Below, in pieces: positions 29,327 to 40,000 of a DNA stretch of 64,000 bases. Every line of letters starts with the position of its first letter. Position 1 is the first letter of the stretch. Under the pieces are notes generated by a model. That model worked only from the letters and a program-made list of their open reading frames with translations. It was not told the DNA's origin and searched no databases. The stretch spans positions 1-64,000 of the forward strand of contig JBHGNT010000122.1 of NCBI GenBank assembly GCA_043228905.1, in the 5' to 3' direction. The stretch comes from Azolla caroliniana (Eukaryota > Plantae > Polypodiophyta). Both the position numbers and the translations under genes were made by a program.

Positions 29327-32134
29327 GGCAGACATTGTTTTGTGGAACTTGCCCAAACAATAGAAGTGATATTAGACAACAATTTGTGGTACCATATACC
29401 TGCGCAGGCTCTGTCGTCCTATGCACCATTGTTCTATTGTTAGCTTTGTCTCCTCTCTAGTGTTTGATATAATATTTCTTTGAGTTTTTCCCTTAGCAAG
29501 CTAGGGAGTCTTGTAATCTTGAGTTCTATATTGTTGACTAATAGTGGAAATTTTACTGCTTCGTGGTTTTCCTTGGTTTTAGGGTTTCCACGTAAATCGT
29601 GTGTATCTGATTTGTGTCTTAGATTAATTTTATGATTATGTTTAATTGTAAACATAACAAATTCGTATCACAACATTAGGTTCTAGATGGAAGGAAGTGT
29701 GACTGGTTTTCCAGGAATGATACTCCTAAACTCTCACAACTATTCTGACTCGACGATCAAGATGGAGGATCTTCTGATAGTTAGGGATTTATATGAGCCC
29801 ATAGATAGGAAGGATATACCAACGGAGGTAAATAGAATATGAGTGGAAAACCCTAAATAGAATGGTTGTGGAAACCATCAAACAATGTGTAGACGTGAAC
29901 ATCCTTCAACATGTAGCAAACAATACAAATGCCCACGACTTGTGGCATAAGCTCTCTAACTTGTATGAAAGGAAAAAGGCTCTTAATAAAGCTTCCTTGA
30001 TGAGAAAGTTGGTGAGGCTAAAGTACACAAATGGTGATAGCGTTGTGGTGCACATCAGTACTTTCATGAGGTTAGTAAACCAGTTAGCATAATTGAAGTT
30101 CCCATTAGATGATGCGATGCAAGCCTTGTTACTATTGTGTACCCTACTGGACAGTTGGGAGAACCTAGTAGTGTCACTTAGTGCTTCTTGCCAAGAAGAG
30201 AACTTGTCTTTACAAGTAGTAAAGACAAGCATTTTGAACGAAGAGACAAGAAGAAAAGGTCAGAGTGTCTTGTCTCAATCGGAAGCAAATGTGGCAAAAA
30301 ACATTGGTAGAGGAAGAAGTAAACATAGGAGGAGTCTACAAAATCGAGACAAGTCTCATGCCAGGTCAAAGTCTAGAGGAAGACTCACATGTTGCTATTG
30401 TGGGAAAACTGGTCATTTCCAAAAGAATTGTCGACGCCTTAAGAAGGACAAAGGCATTGTTGATGATGTTGAACCCAAAAAAAATTATGATGAGAAAAAC
30501 ACCTCAGCCATCACAGCCAGTGAGGAGGAACTACTATTCATTTCCAAACAAGCTAGGGTCAATCTTGTAAATGATGAGTGCTCTTGGGTAGTTGATTCTG
30601 GCGCATCGTTTCACCTAACTGTGACAAGAGAATGTTTCTCATCTTACTCATTTGGTGACTATGGCTATGTAAAGATGGGAAATGATGGAGCATGCGAGAT
30701 AGTTGGTATTGGAAGTGTGTGCTTGCTAACATCAATTGGTTGTAGCCTTGTAGGTTAATATTGAAGGATGTGCGACATGTGTCGGATGTCACACTGAACC
30801 TAATATCAACCAGAAGACTTGACAACGAAGGCTATAGTGGTAGTTTTTAGAATGGTATTTGGAAGGTTTTCAAGAGAATTTTGATAGTGGCCCGAGCACA
30901 AAAATTGGGTACATTATATGTAATGCATGCAAAGTTGTGTAGATATGAGGCCAATGTGGTAGCTGACTCAGATGGTGAGTTATGGCATAAAAAGCTTGGC
31001 CACAACAGGGTTGCTTTTCACTCTAGGCTACTGAAAAGAAGAGAATGTGCACTAGAGTTGGTCCACACAGATGTATGCTTCATAGATGCTCAATCACATA
31101 GGGGTGGACAATATTTTGTGACATTTATTGATGACTATAGCAGAAAGTTGTGGGCTTTCGTGCTGAAGTCTAAAGACCATGTGTTGTTAGTCTTTAAAGC
31201 GTTTCATGCAAGGGCTGAAAGAGAATCTGGACAGAAGTTGAAAGATGTCCAAACAGATAACGATGGTGAGTCTAAAGGACAATTTTAGTTGTACCATAAG
31301 ACTCACGACATAAAACTTGAGTATACATTGTCGAAGACTCGCGAGTTGAATGGTCTCGTAGAGAGGATGAATCAAACTATAATGGAAAGGGTAAGAAGCA
31401 TGTTGTCACATGAAAAACTTCTAAGATCGTATTGGGCTGAGGCTATGTTGACAAACGGTTTATCTTATAAACAGGTGGACAGGTAGAATGTGTCTTACCA
31501 GCACTTGAGGGTTTTTAGATGCTTGGTGTATATGCATGTTACAAAGGACCAGAGTTCAAAGATGGACAACAAGTCTAAATTGTGCATATTTCTGGGGCTG
31601 ACATACAACAACCAATCGATGAGGTTGAGTTTGAGTCGGTCGTCTCACATCAACATGCTGATGCACATTAATCTGAACTGGATGAAGAATCAACAAACAC
31701 AATTGGACATGATCCGGTTGTTGGAGGAAGAAGATACTCACTTAGACAAAGGAAAACATCCTCTCGGTACCCAACTAGCCAATATGTCATATTGACCGAT
31801 GAGTATAAACTCGAATGCTATGAAGAAACTATGGCAGATGAATACAAGGAGAAGTGGTATAGTGCCATGCAAGATGAGATGGACTCCTTGCACGAAAATT
31901 ACACCTACGATCTAGTGGAGCTACCGAATGGAAAGCAAGCTCTAAGAAACAAGTGGCTTTTCAAACTGAAGATTGGAGAAGATGGCAACTCACCTAGATA
32001 TAAGGCATGAATTGTGGTGAAGGGATTTCAACATAAAAAAGGTGTTGATTTTGATGAAATATTTGCACCAGTCGTAAAAATGACATCCATCCGGACTATA
32101 TTGAGTATAATTGCCAGCTGCTAGTATGAATCTG

Positions 32135-32376
32135 GAAATAGAACAGTTGGATGTAAAAACAACATTCTTGCATGGGGATTTAGAAGAAGAAATTTATATG
32201 AAGAAACCAAAGGGTTTTGTGATGAAAGGAAAAGAGAAACTGGTATGTAGACTAAGAAATAGAACAATTGGATGTAAAAACAACATTCTTGCATGGGGAT
32301 TTAGAAGAAGAAATTTATATGAAGAAACCAAAGGGTTTTGTGATGAAAGGAAAAGAGAAACTGGTATGTAGACTAA
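32135..32376 (+). repeat. 121-bp tandem duplication inside the RT of the old Copia
   Basis: GAAATAGAACA(G/A)TTGGATGTAAAAAC...GTAGACTAA is repeated at 32135 and 32256, with GAAA microhomology at the junction. Confidence 0.9.
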
Positions 32377-32663
32377 GAAAGAGCTTGTATGGTCTGAAAC
32401 AAGCTCCACCTTCATGTTGGAACATGGATTCCATAAAACACAAGCTAATCATTGTGTTTTTGTCAAGAGGTATGGTGAAGGTGATTTTCTGATTCTCTTA
32501 CTTTATGTATATGACATGTTGGTTGTCAAACAAGATGCTAAAAAGATTACGAGCCTAAAGAAAGCTCCAAGTAAATCGTTTTCTATGAAGGATTTAGGTC
32601 CAGCTAAACAAATATTGGGGATGCACATAGTTCAGGACAGGACTAAAAATATGATATGGTTGT

Positions 32664-32846
32664 TGTCGAATACAAGTGTATAATGGACGTATTCACACTA
32701 TCCTTTTGTATAGCTCAAGTTTGGGCCATTTGTGTAATTAGCATAAAGGGTAGTTGCCCTAAGTTTGTCACTATATAAAGTGACCTTGTAACCTTTTTGT
32801 AAGGTTGGTTGTATTATTGTTTCTATTGAATAGAAAGTCTTTTGTG

Positions 32847-32889
<43 letters not shown>

Positions 32890-32976
32890 ACGATCTTGGA
32901 AACTGCCATATGCAGGTACTCAACTCGAATCGAATGCTATTTGATCTTCCGCATCGACACGGCCTTGTCTTCAACA
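32664..32976 (+). repeat. 5' LTR of the young Copia
   Basis: Direct repeat of 40660-41004, with TATA-like TATATAAA and followed by the Met-tRNA PBS. Confidence 0.96.
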
Positions 32977-33162
32977 TTTGGTATCAGAGCCTGCACAGTA
33001 TTCGGTTCCTCAACCCGCTGTCGGCCGTCGTCTCAGCCTGCACAGCATTCGGTTTCCTGCGTCATTCGAAGAAGAGAGAAGAAGAAGAAAAACGAGGCTT
33101 GCATCTCATCGCGTTAGATCATCTTCGCTTGGAGTAAGCCAGCCGGTTGTACTCTGTTTCTT

Positions 33163-34092
33163 GTGATCGTAACCGCTCGAGGTGAAATCCCCTTGTGCAA
33201 GTTCCCCACCACGGTTGAGCAAAGACTCCAAGACATTGTATCAATGCTCTTGGATATCCCATTGCACAACCTTGTCACATCACACCAATGGGAGGAAAAA
33301 CTCCAACATTGGAAAAATGAAACTTTTGCTAAATTTAATAGCCACCTAGAGCAAGCCACCTTAGAATTTAGCATACAGATTTCCTTAGAAGCTAAAACTA
33401 AAGTGGCTAATAAATCAGCCCAGGACGCCATCGTCTCGAAATCCATGACGATGGGCAAAGAAAAAACAATAAATACTCTAATAGATGATGGGCTAAAAAA
33501 GATCAAGAATCAAGTAGACAATTACCTTAAACCGTTCCTAGAGAAAATTAATAAGGAAAACCCCAACACACATCCAAAAAACACGGCTATGCCCCCGACA
33601 AAAAACGGGGGCACAAGGACACACAAATTATCAAATTCATCCCCCACTGCCCCCACCTCCTTCTTAAGGACCCAGTCCTTTATCCCAAGTTATGGACAAA
33701 GCTATGCTTATCCCGTACCACCCACACATCCCATACCCCCCACGTACCCTATATTTGTCCCGATGAATGTACCACCACCTACCTCCCTACCCCCACCCAT
33801 GAAACAATCAATGTCTCACTTCGAGACCTTCAAACCCACCACACGGTCCTATCCTCGACCCTCAGTTCCTCGACCCCCAGTCCTTCAACCCCCAGTCCCT
33901 CGACCCCCAATTTCACGACCCACGCCTTACCCCCGGCCCACAGTCAAACGACCTACTCCTCATCCCCGGCCCCCAGTCCCGCAAGGCGCACCCAACACAC
34001 GCACCACGGGACCGAAACTAAATCCTCTACCAAGAAAATACGTAGGGGTAGACTTAGAAAATTACATTGGCTCCCGCTTCTTCAACCGTTAA
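33163..34092 (+). CDS. PLE ORF1: helical/coiled-coil-like N-terminal part and Pro-rich tail; probably 5'-truncated
   Basis: Stop-free 309-codon ORF whose listed start is a GTG near the Copia/PLE junction. It contains the slippery site in frame (CCA AAA AAC). Confidence 0.7.
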   Translation: MIVTARGEIPLCKFPTTVEQRLQDIVSMLLDIPLHNLVTSHQWEEKLQHWKNETFAKFNSHLEQATLEFSIQISLEAKTKVANKSAQDAIVSKSMTMGKEKTINTLIDDGLKKIKNQVDNYLKPFLEKINKENPNTHPKNTAMPPTKNGGTRTHKLSNSSPTAPTSFLRTQSFIPSYGQSYAYPVPPTHPIPPTYPIFVPMNVPPPTSLPPPMKQSMSHFETFKPTTRSYPRPSVPRPPVLQPPVPRPPISRPTPYPRPTVKRPTPHPRPPVPQGAPNTRTTGPKLNPLPRKYVGVDLENYIGSRFFNR

Positions 34093-35894
34093 CCTACCTC
34101 CACATTTTACTGGGAAGGCAAACACCCTCCCAGCTCGAGAATAGGATCACTAATCACTCATTGCACAACCTTTCCTCTTTCCACCTTCCTCCACCCCAAC
34201 TCAAACTTCTAAGCTTAGGTCTAGACTTTATTCCCCCACCCCAACCTATTAGAAAACAACAATTGATAGATGCCGTTGTATCCTTGGATAGAACTTACCG
34301 CCTCAAATATTTCTTTAGAAACTCTACTAACATTATCTCTCCATTTAGAATACCGAACCCCAGTTGGAATCTCCCAGCCGTGCCAGAAATCACACAAACC
34401 ATCACATCTATCACCTCTGCCCTCCCCTCCCCACCCACCATCCAACCTCGCCCTCATAGGAACTTTAGAACTGCACTACACAATCTCAAAAAAAATCAAG
34501 ACATAGTTATTAAACCCGCGGATAAAAATCTAGGCACGTGCATTCTCTCTAAGGATTGGTACCTTAACGAATGCCTTAGACAGCTCAACGACAAAAACAC
34601 TTACACCCCCGTCAAAGACGTCCCCCTAGAAACTCTCCACAGTCGACTTGAACACCTATGTCTGAAAGCTTCCCCCCACCTCTCCAATGAGGAAATTAGA
34701 TTCCTCCTTCAGAAACCCAAACATGGTTTCAGGATATGTCGTTTCTACATCATCCCCAAAATCCACAAGCCCATTGTTGTAGGACGCCCTATTTGCGCCT
34801 ACAACAATTATGTTTTCGAAAGAGCCTCTAAATGGCTACACCATCTACTACATCCTGTCTTATTGTCTAAAAAACAACACCTCAAAGACTCCTTAACACT
34901 TGTTAAGGACCTAGCACACCACACCTTCCCCAAAACTTGCACGTTGTTTTCTTTTGACGTAGTGTCACTATATCCCAGTATACCTACCACGGAAGGTCTA
35001 TTGGTTTTTAAAAAATCTATTTCACATCATTTCCCACCACACAAAACCAAAATCATTATGAGTGTTGCCGAACTAATACTTAGAAACAATTTTCTCTCCT
35101 TTAATAATGCTTTTTGGTTACAAATTAAAGGCACCGCGATGGGTAGTAATTTTGCGGTTGTTTACGCTTGCTTGTTTCTTTCGCAGCTAGAGGACGACAA
35201 CCTAGCTTTCCAAACACCGCAACTACTCTACTACAAACGCTACATTGATGATGCCATAGGAGTTTGGGAAGGTTCCCCCGATACACTTCACACCTTCTTA
35301 CACCAATACGGCGTGCCTCTACAACAACACATCCGTATTGAATCAACAACCTCCCCTAAAGAGATCACCATCTTGGACGTCGTCTTCTTCAAAGGCCCAT
35401 ACTTTAAAGAATTCGGCATCCTCGACACCACATGCCACCAAAAACCTCTCAATGCCTACATGTACCTCCCGTGGAAATCCTCGCACCCCATAGCACACAA
35501 AAAGGGCTTCATCACGGGCGAACTAAAACGGTATGCTATTCGGGAGAGCTCGGAAAATGGCTACATGGAACTACGCAAAAAGTTCTACGACCGCCTAAGA
35601 GCTAGGGGCTACCCATCGAAGTTCCTACTCAAGTGTTTTTCGACCGTCCCCTACTCCATACGAAACCAACTACTCTCTAACCAACCCAACAACAAAAAAC
35701 CTCCACCCATTGTTTTAAAGCTTCGATACTCCCCTTGTATCAAAAAACTCCAAATCGGAGCGCTCGTGAGAAACAAACTTAAACCCCTTCTAGGACAACC
35801 ACAATACAGTTCCCTTACACCCCCTCTCACGTGTTGGCTAAATGGTAAAAAACTAAGAAACCACCTAGTACACGCATCCTTTCCCCCCACCTAA
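33555..35894 (+). CDS. Penelope-like reverse transcriptase (-1 frame relative to ORF1; no C-terminal GIY-YIG)
   Basis: Motifs LHNLS..LLSLGLDFIP, IKPADKNLG, FYIIPKIHK..GRPI, FDVVSLYPSIP, GTAMGS, YKRYIDD (YIDD at 35241-35252), thumb YLPWKSSHP..GELKRY..RGYP, ending LRNHLVHASFPPT*. I read the frame by hand and found no stop from 33555 to the listed TTG start at 34161. Confidence 0.92.
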   Translation, partial: GKPQHTSKKHGYAPDKKRGHKDTQIIKFIPHCPHLLLKDPVLYPKLWTKLCLSRTTHTSHTPHVPYICPDECTTTYLPTPTHETINVSLRDLQTHHTVLSSTLSSSTPSPSTPSPSTPNFTTHALPPAHSQTTYSSSPAPSPARRTQHTHHGTETKSSTKKIRRGRLRKLHWLPLLQPLTYLHILLGRQTPSQLENRITNHSLHNLSSFHLPPPQLKLLSLGLDFIPPPQPIRKQQLIDAVVSLDRTYRLKYFFRNSTNIISPFRIPNPSWNLPAVPEITQTITSITSALPSPPTIQPRPHRNFRTALHNLKKNQDIVIKPADKNLGTCILSKDWYLNECLRQLNDKNTYTPVKDVPLETLHSRLEHLCLKASPHLSNEEIRFLLQKPKHGFRICRFYIIPKIHKPIVVGRPICAYNNYVFERASKWLHHLLHPVLLSKKQHLKDSLTLVKDLAHHTFPKTCTLFSFDVVSLYPSIPTTEGLLVFKKSISHHFPPHKTKIIMSVAELILRNNFLSFNNAFWLQIKGTAMGSNFAVVYACLFLSQLEDDNLAFQTPQLLYYKRYIDDAIGVWEGSPDTLHTFLHQYGVPLQQHIRIESTTSPKEITILDVVFFKGPYFKEFGILDTTCHQKPLNAYMYLPWKSSHPIAHKKGFITGELKRYAIRESSENGYMELRKKFYDRLRARGYPSKFLLKCFSTVPYSIRNQLLSNQPNNKKPPPIVLKLRYSPCIKKLQIGALVRNKLKPLLGQPQYSSLTPPLTCWLNGKKLRNHLVHASFPPT
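33576..33613 (+). promoter_or_regulatory. Programmed -1 ribosomal frameshift signal
   Basis: A_AAA_AAC (33576-33582) in the ORF1 frame, 7-nt spacer, then a perfect stem TGCCCCCG (33590-33597) / CGGGGGCA (33606-33613). The -1 frame opens at 33555, just after TAA TAA, and runs stop-free into the RT. Confidence 0.85.
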
Positions 35895-36056
35895 TGTTTT
35901 ATGTACTCTCACCCCTCTTAACCCCCACCTAAAGTCTTGTGTACACTCTTTTACCTTCCCTTTGTACACACTTTTGTATGTCCCACATACAAAGGACTCT
36001 CCTCCCTCTCCCTATAAAAAGAGCAACCTAGTAGGCTTAGTTTTCATCATTTGTAC

Positions 36057-36102
36057 ATCGGGCACTGAAGAGCCTCCATCGAGGCGAAATGCATTTGCCG
36101 AT
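36057..36102 (+). ncRNA. Minimal type I hammerhead ribozyme (PLE pLTR type)
   Basis: Stem I ATC(G)GGCA/TGCCGAT, core CTGAAGA (36065-36071), stem II GCCTC-catc-GAGGC, GAAA (36086-36089), palindromic mini stem III TGCA, predicted cleavage after AUU at 36095. TATAAAAA lies at 36013-36020. Confidence 0.85.
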
Positions 36103-36154
36103 CGTTGCCTTATGATAGTAAAACTTTCTTTCCTTCTATGTGTTGCTCTTATCT

Positions 36155-36720
36155 AATTTTTTGTCTTAAGTTCTTAAGTACTTATTTAATAAATTTTTAT
36201 TAAGTACTTGTTTAATCACTTTTTTATCAAATTTTTTTTTTGTCTTAAGTTTTTAAGCATTTATTTAATCATTTTCTATTAAGTACTTGTTTAATAAACA
36301 TTTTTATTACGTACTTGTTTAACCCCTTTTTTTTAAGTACTTGTTCAATCATTTTTAGGTTTAACTTTTTGTTTAAACATTTGTTTAAGTACTCTCCTCT
36401 CTTAATCATAATCATTCTCTTCTCAACCATGACCCCTTTTCTTTAACCATAATCCCTCCCTTCTCTTTTAATCCTAACCTTGCGTTAAGTGTCTGCCCAA
36501 GTGTTTTCTTATCTAAATATTTGTTTAAACATTCGTTTAAGTACTTTGTTTAGCAACCCCTTCCCCCTTAATCATAATCCCTTCTTAACCATAATCATTT
36601 TTTAATCTCAATCTCTCTTTTCTATTTTTATTTTTATTCTTATTTTTTATAATAATCTTTCTTTTAAGTGTTTGCTTAAGCGTGTGTTTAAACAACTCTC
36701 GTTCATCTAAGCGTGTGGTT
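36155..36720 (+). repeat. AT-rich degenerate tandem array in the PLE 3' region
   Basis: Repeated TAAGTACTTGTTTAA-like and TTAA(T/C)CATAATC-like units. Confidence 0.75.
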
Positions 36721-37010
36721 CCGTTTTAATAATACTCTATATTGGTGTTTTAATAGTACGTTATTGTTGTCTAATAACTTAAGTTATCCCAATGATCTTT
36801 AATATATTCTAAAAACTTTGATTAGGTTTAAATACTTTTGATAATTTCAACAAGCTACACTCCCCTAACCCCCACCCACGCCCTCACTTTTCTATTCTTC
36901 TAAAACTATATCACTACTTATGTTTAGACATACAAATAAGATCTAAACTTGAGTCCACCCCAAACAACCCTCGATGAAGTGCCGCACACTTTAAGCAATC
37001 TTATAAAATC

Positions 37011-40000
37011 GCCAAAGACTCAACAGACGACGCTTATGTAGTACAAGGTTCGACAGACCGATCGAACATACGAGGAAGAGATTCCTCACGGCAGCCGAAC
37101 AATCAGCGAAGACGGAGCCAGTCACGGGATAATCGAATGTGCAACTATTGCAAGAAACCCGGACACATCAAAGCCGACTGCCGCGCACTCAAGAACAAGA
37201 ACGACAAGTCTCAGAAATCAGACAAGAAGAGTGGCCGGCATGAGGAGATCAATTACGTCAGCTTCTCAGCTGATGTGCTACCAAACGACCCGAATATACT
37301 ATCAATCGAAAATCCAATCGGATCAGAAGTTCTGCTCACGACTGAAGAATCGAGCACATGGCTCTTAGATTCGGGCGCGTCATTTCACGTGACTCCTCAT
37401 CGATCCCAATTTCGGCAATATACGATCCGTCACTCCGACTCAGTTCGAGTCGGCAACTCGCAACACTGTGACATCATTGGAATCGGCACAGTAGAGCTCA
37501 ACCTTGCAGGTGGCTCTACACTTGTACTTCAGAATGTCCGACATGTACCCGAGCTCTCAAGGCCATTGATCTCAGTCGGACAACTAGATGAAGACGGCAT
37601 TCGTGCCGGTTTTTCTTCGGGAGGGTGGACACTCCACAGTGGGAACCTCCTGCTTGCTAGAGGACCCAAGATACACTCACTGTATCCCTTACATGTTACG
37701 CTCAGAGAGGGTAACCTGTTTTTGGTGGATATTCCTGTGTCATCACTATGGCACAGAAGATTAGGACACCTCAGCAAGGCCGGCATTACGCATCTATCTA
37801 GAGCCGGATACATCCCTAAACTCTCCTTCTCCGACCATCAATTCTGCGAACATTGCCAGTATGGCAAACAAGCAGCCGCATCACACCCGACATCAGCACC
37901 AAGAGAAACGAGACCTCTCGATTTGGTCCACTCGGACGTCTGTGGCCCAATGCCGCATCAGTCTCTCGGCGGTGCCTCTTACTTCGTCAGTTTTATTGAC
38001 GATTCGACTCGAAAGGTGTGGGCTTATCCAATTCGTACCAAAGATCGTGTCTTCTCGATCTTCTCCGATTGGCTCGCTATGGTAGAAAATCAAACCGACC
38101 GAAAACTGAAATGCTTTCGGACCGACAATGGGGGAGAGTTCAAATCAGAAGAATTCGTCAAATTCTGCCGACAACGCGGCATCCGACGTGAATTTACGGC
38201 ACCACACAGTCCGGAGCAAAACGGGATTGCAGAACGAATGAATCGGACAATCCAAGAACGGATAGTTTCCATGCTCCAACACTCCGGACTGTCGGATGGC
38301 TTCTGGGCAGAGGCTCTACTCACGGCAGTACACATAATCAATATGTCGCCAAGCAGACCTCTAGGACTTCAAATTCCTCAGGAACTATGGATCGGCAGTA
38401 AGCCGAATTACGACAAGCTGAGGATCTTCGGATGCGAGGCGTACGCCCTTATTCCGAAAGATGATCGCCGAAAACTTGCACCTCGGTTCAGGAAATGCAT
38501 TTTCCTTGGATATGGATCAGACGGCGAAATGGGATACCGACTCTGGGACCCCGAACGCAGACAAATCGTTCGAAGTTCGGACGTTGTGTTCAACGAGTCG
38601 GCTATGAATCCATCAGTCAAAACACCGATCGAAGTCCGAAGGGTAACATTTTCCGATGTGCCGACCCTTCAAGAAGGCCCCGCTCTTAACACACGGTCAG
38701 CTTCACGGGTAGCTGAACCTTACACTACCGACTCGGACAACTCCGACTCGGCACAGCAGGATAATTCGCTTTCGGACCATCCGACCTCGATACCCGATAC
38801 GACCAGTCCAATCATACCTCGACGATCCGAGAGACTGTCGCAACCTCCGGAGAGGTATTCTCCTGGAATTTTCTTCACCGACGCCGGCGAACCGACGTCT
38901 TACGAAGAAGCATCGACATCTGTCGATTCAGCCACCTGGCATCTGGCGATGGAGTCGGAAATGCACTCCATTCGGGCAAACAAGACTTGGGATCTGGTCG
39001 AATTACCTAAGAATCGACGTGCTCTTCCTTGCAAGTGGGTTTATCGACTAAAAGAGACGTCTGATTCGACCACCCCAAAGTACAAGGCCAGATTAGTTGC
39101 GAAGGGCTTCCGACAAGAATATGGCGTCGACTTCGACGAGATTTTTTCACCAGTGGTGAAAATGACAACCCTTCGTTTTCTACTCGGCGTAGTGGCAGCC
39201 GACAACTTGGAGCTGATTCAGCTAGATGTCAAAACAGCCTTCCTCCATGGTGATCTTGAAGAGGAAATTTATATGGAGCAGCCAAAAGGCTTCGTGGCAA
39301 CTGGCCAAGAACATCTAGTCTGCCGACTCAGGAAGAGTCTATACGGCCTCAAACAGGCACCGCGACAATGGTACAAGAAGTTCGACGACTTCATCCAATC
39401 GATCGGCTTCTCAAAAAGCGATGAGGACCATTGCCTTTTTACCAACACAACTCAAGATGGATCACCCATCTTCCTCATCATTTACGTGGACGACATGCTA
39501 ATTTCTGGACGCCACGCGGGCGAACTTGCCGATCTCATTCGGCAACTGCGGTTGAAGTTTGCCATGAAGGACCTCGGTCCGGCACGACACATACTCGGCA
39601 TGAAGATTAGTCGGCATCGCGACAAACGACATCTTTTTTTGTCTCAGACCGACTATATCGGACGTGTCTTGGAACGCTTCAACATGCAATCAGCCAAATC
39701 TGCTTCAACCCCGCTCCCCATGAATCTTCGGCTCTCTCAGCGAGACTGCCCGACATCCGGTCCGGAGGGGGAAGATATGAAGTCGGTACCGTATGCACCG
39801 GCAGTCGGCTCCCTTATGTACCTGATGGTCGCGACACGGCCTGATATCTCTCATGCCGTAGGAGTCGTTAGCAGATTTATGCACAATCCTGGCCGATCGC
39901 ATTGGAACGCAGTCAAGCATGTGTTCAAATATCTGGCTGGCACAAAAGACCACGGCATTCTTTTCGGACCGAACTCAACCTCAGGCGTAGTCGGTTACAC

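Larger units (their letters stand above)
33180..37008 (+). mobile_element. Penelope-like element (PLE), apparently endonuclease-less and 5'-truncated (boundaries approximate)
   Basis: ORF1 plus overlapping PLE RT, hammerhead and AT-rich 3' region. The C/A-rich composition differs from the CpG-rich Copia. The Copia gag frame resumes at ~37011 (AKDSTDDAYVVQG). Confidence 0.88.

Noticed and set aside
34039-34092. YVG..YIG words at the end of PLE ORF1 (KYVGVDLENYIGSRFFNR) suggesting GIY-YIG
   Set aside because: The spacing and order do not fit GIY-x(9-11)-YIG. The ORF stops six codons later without the catalytic Glu/Asn, and it is not in the RT frame.
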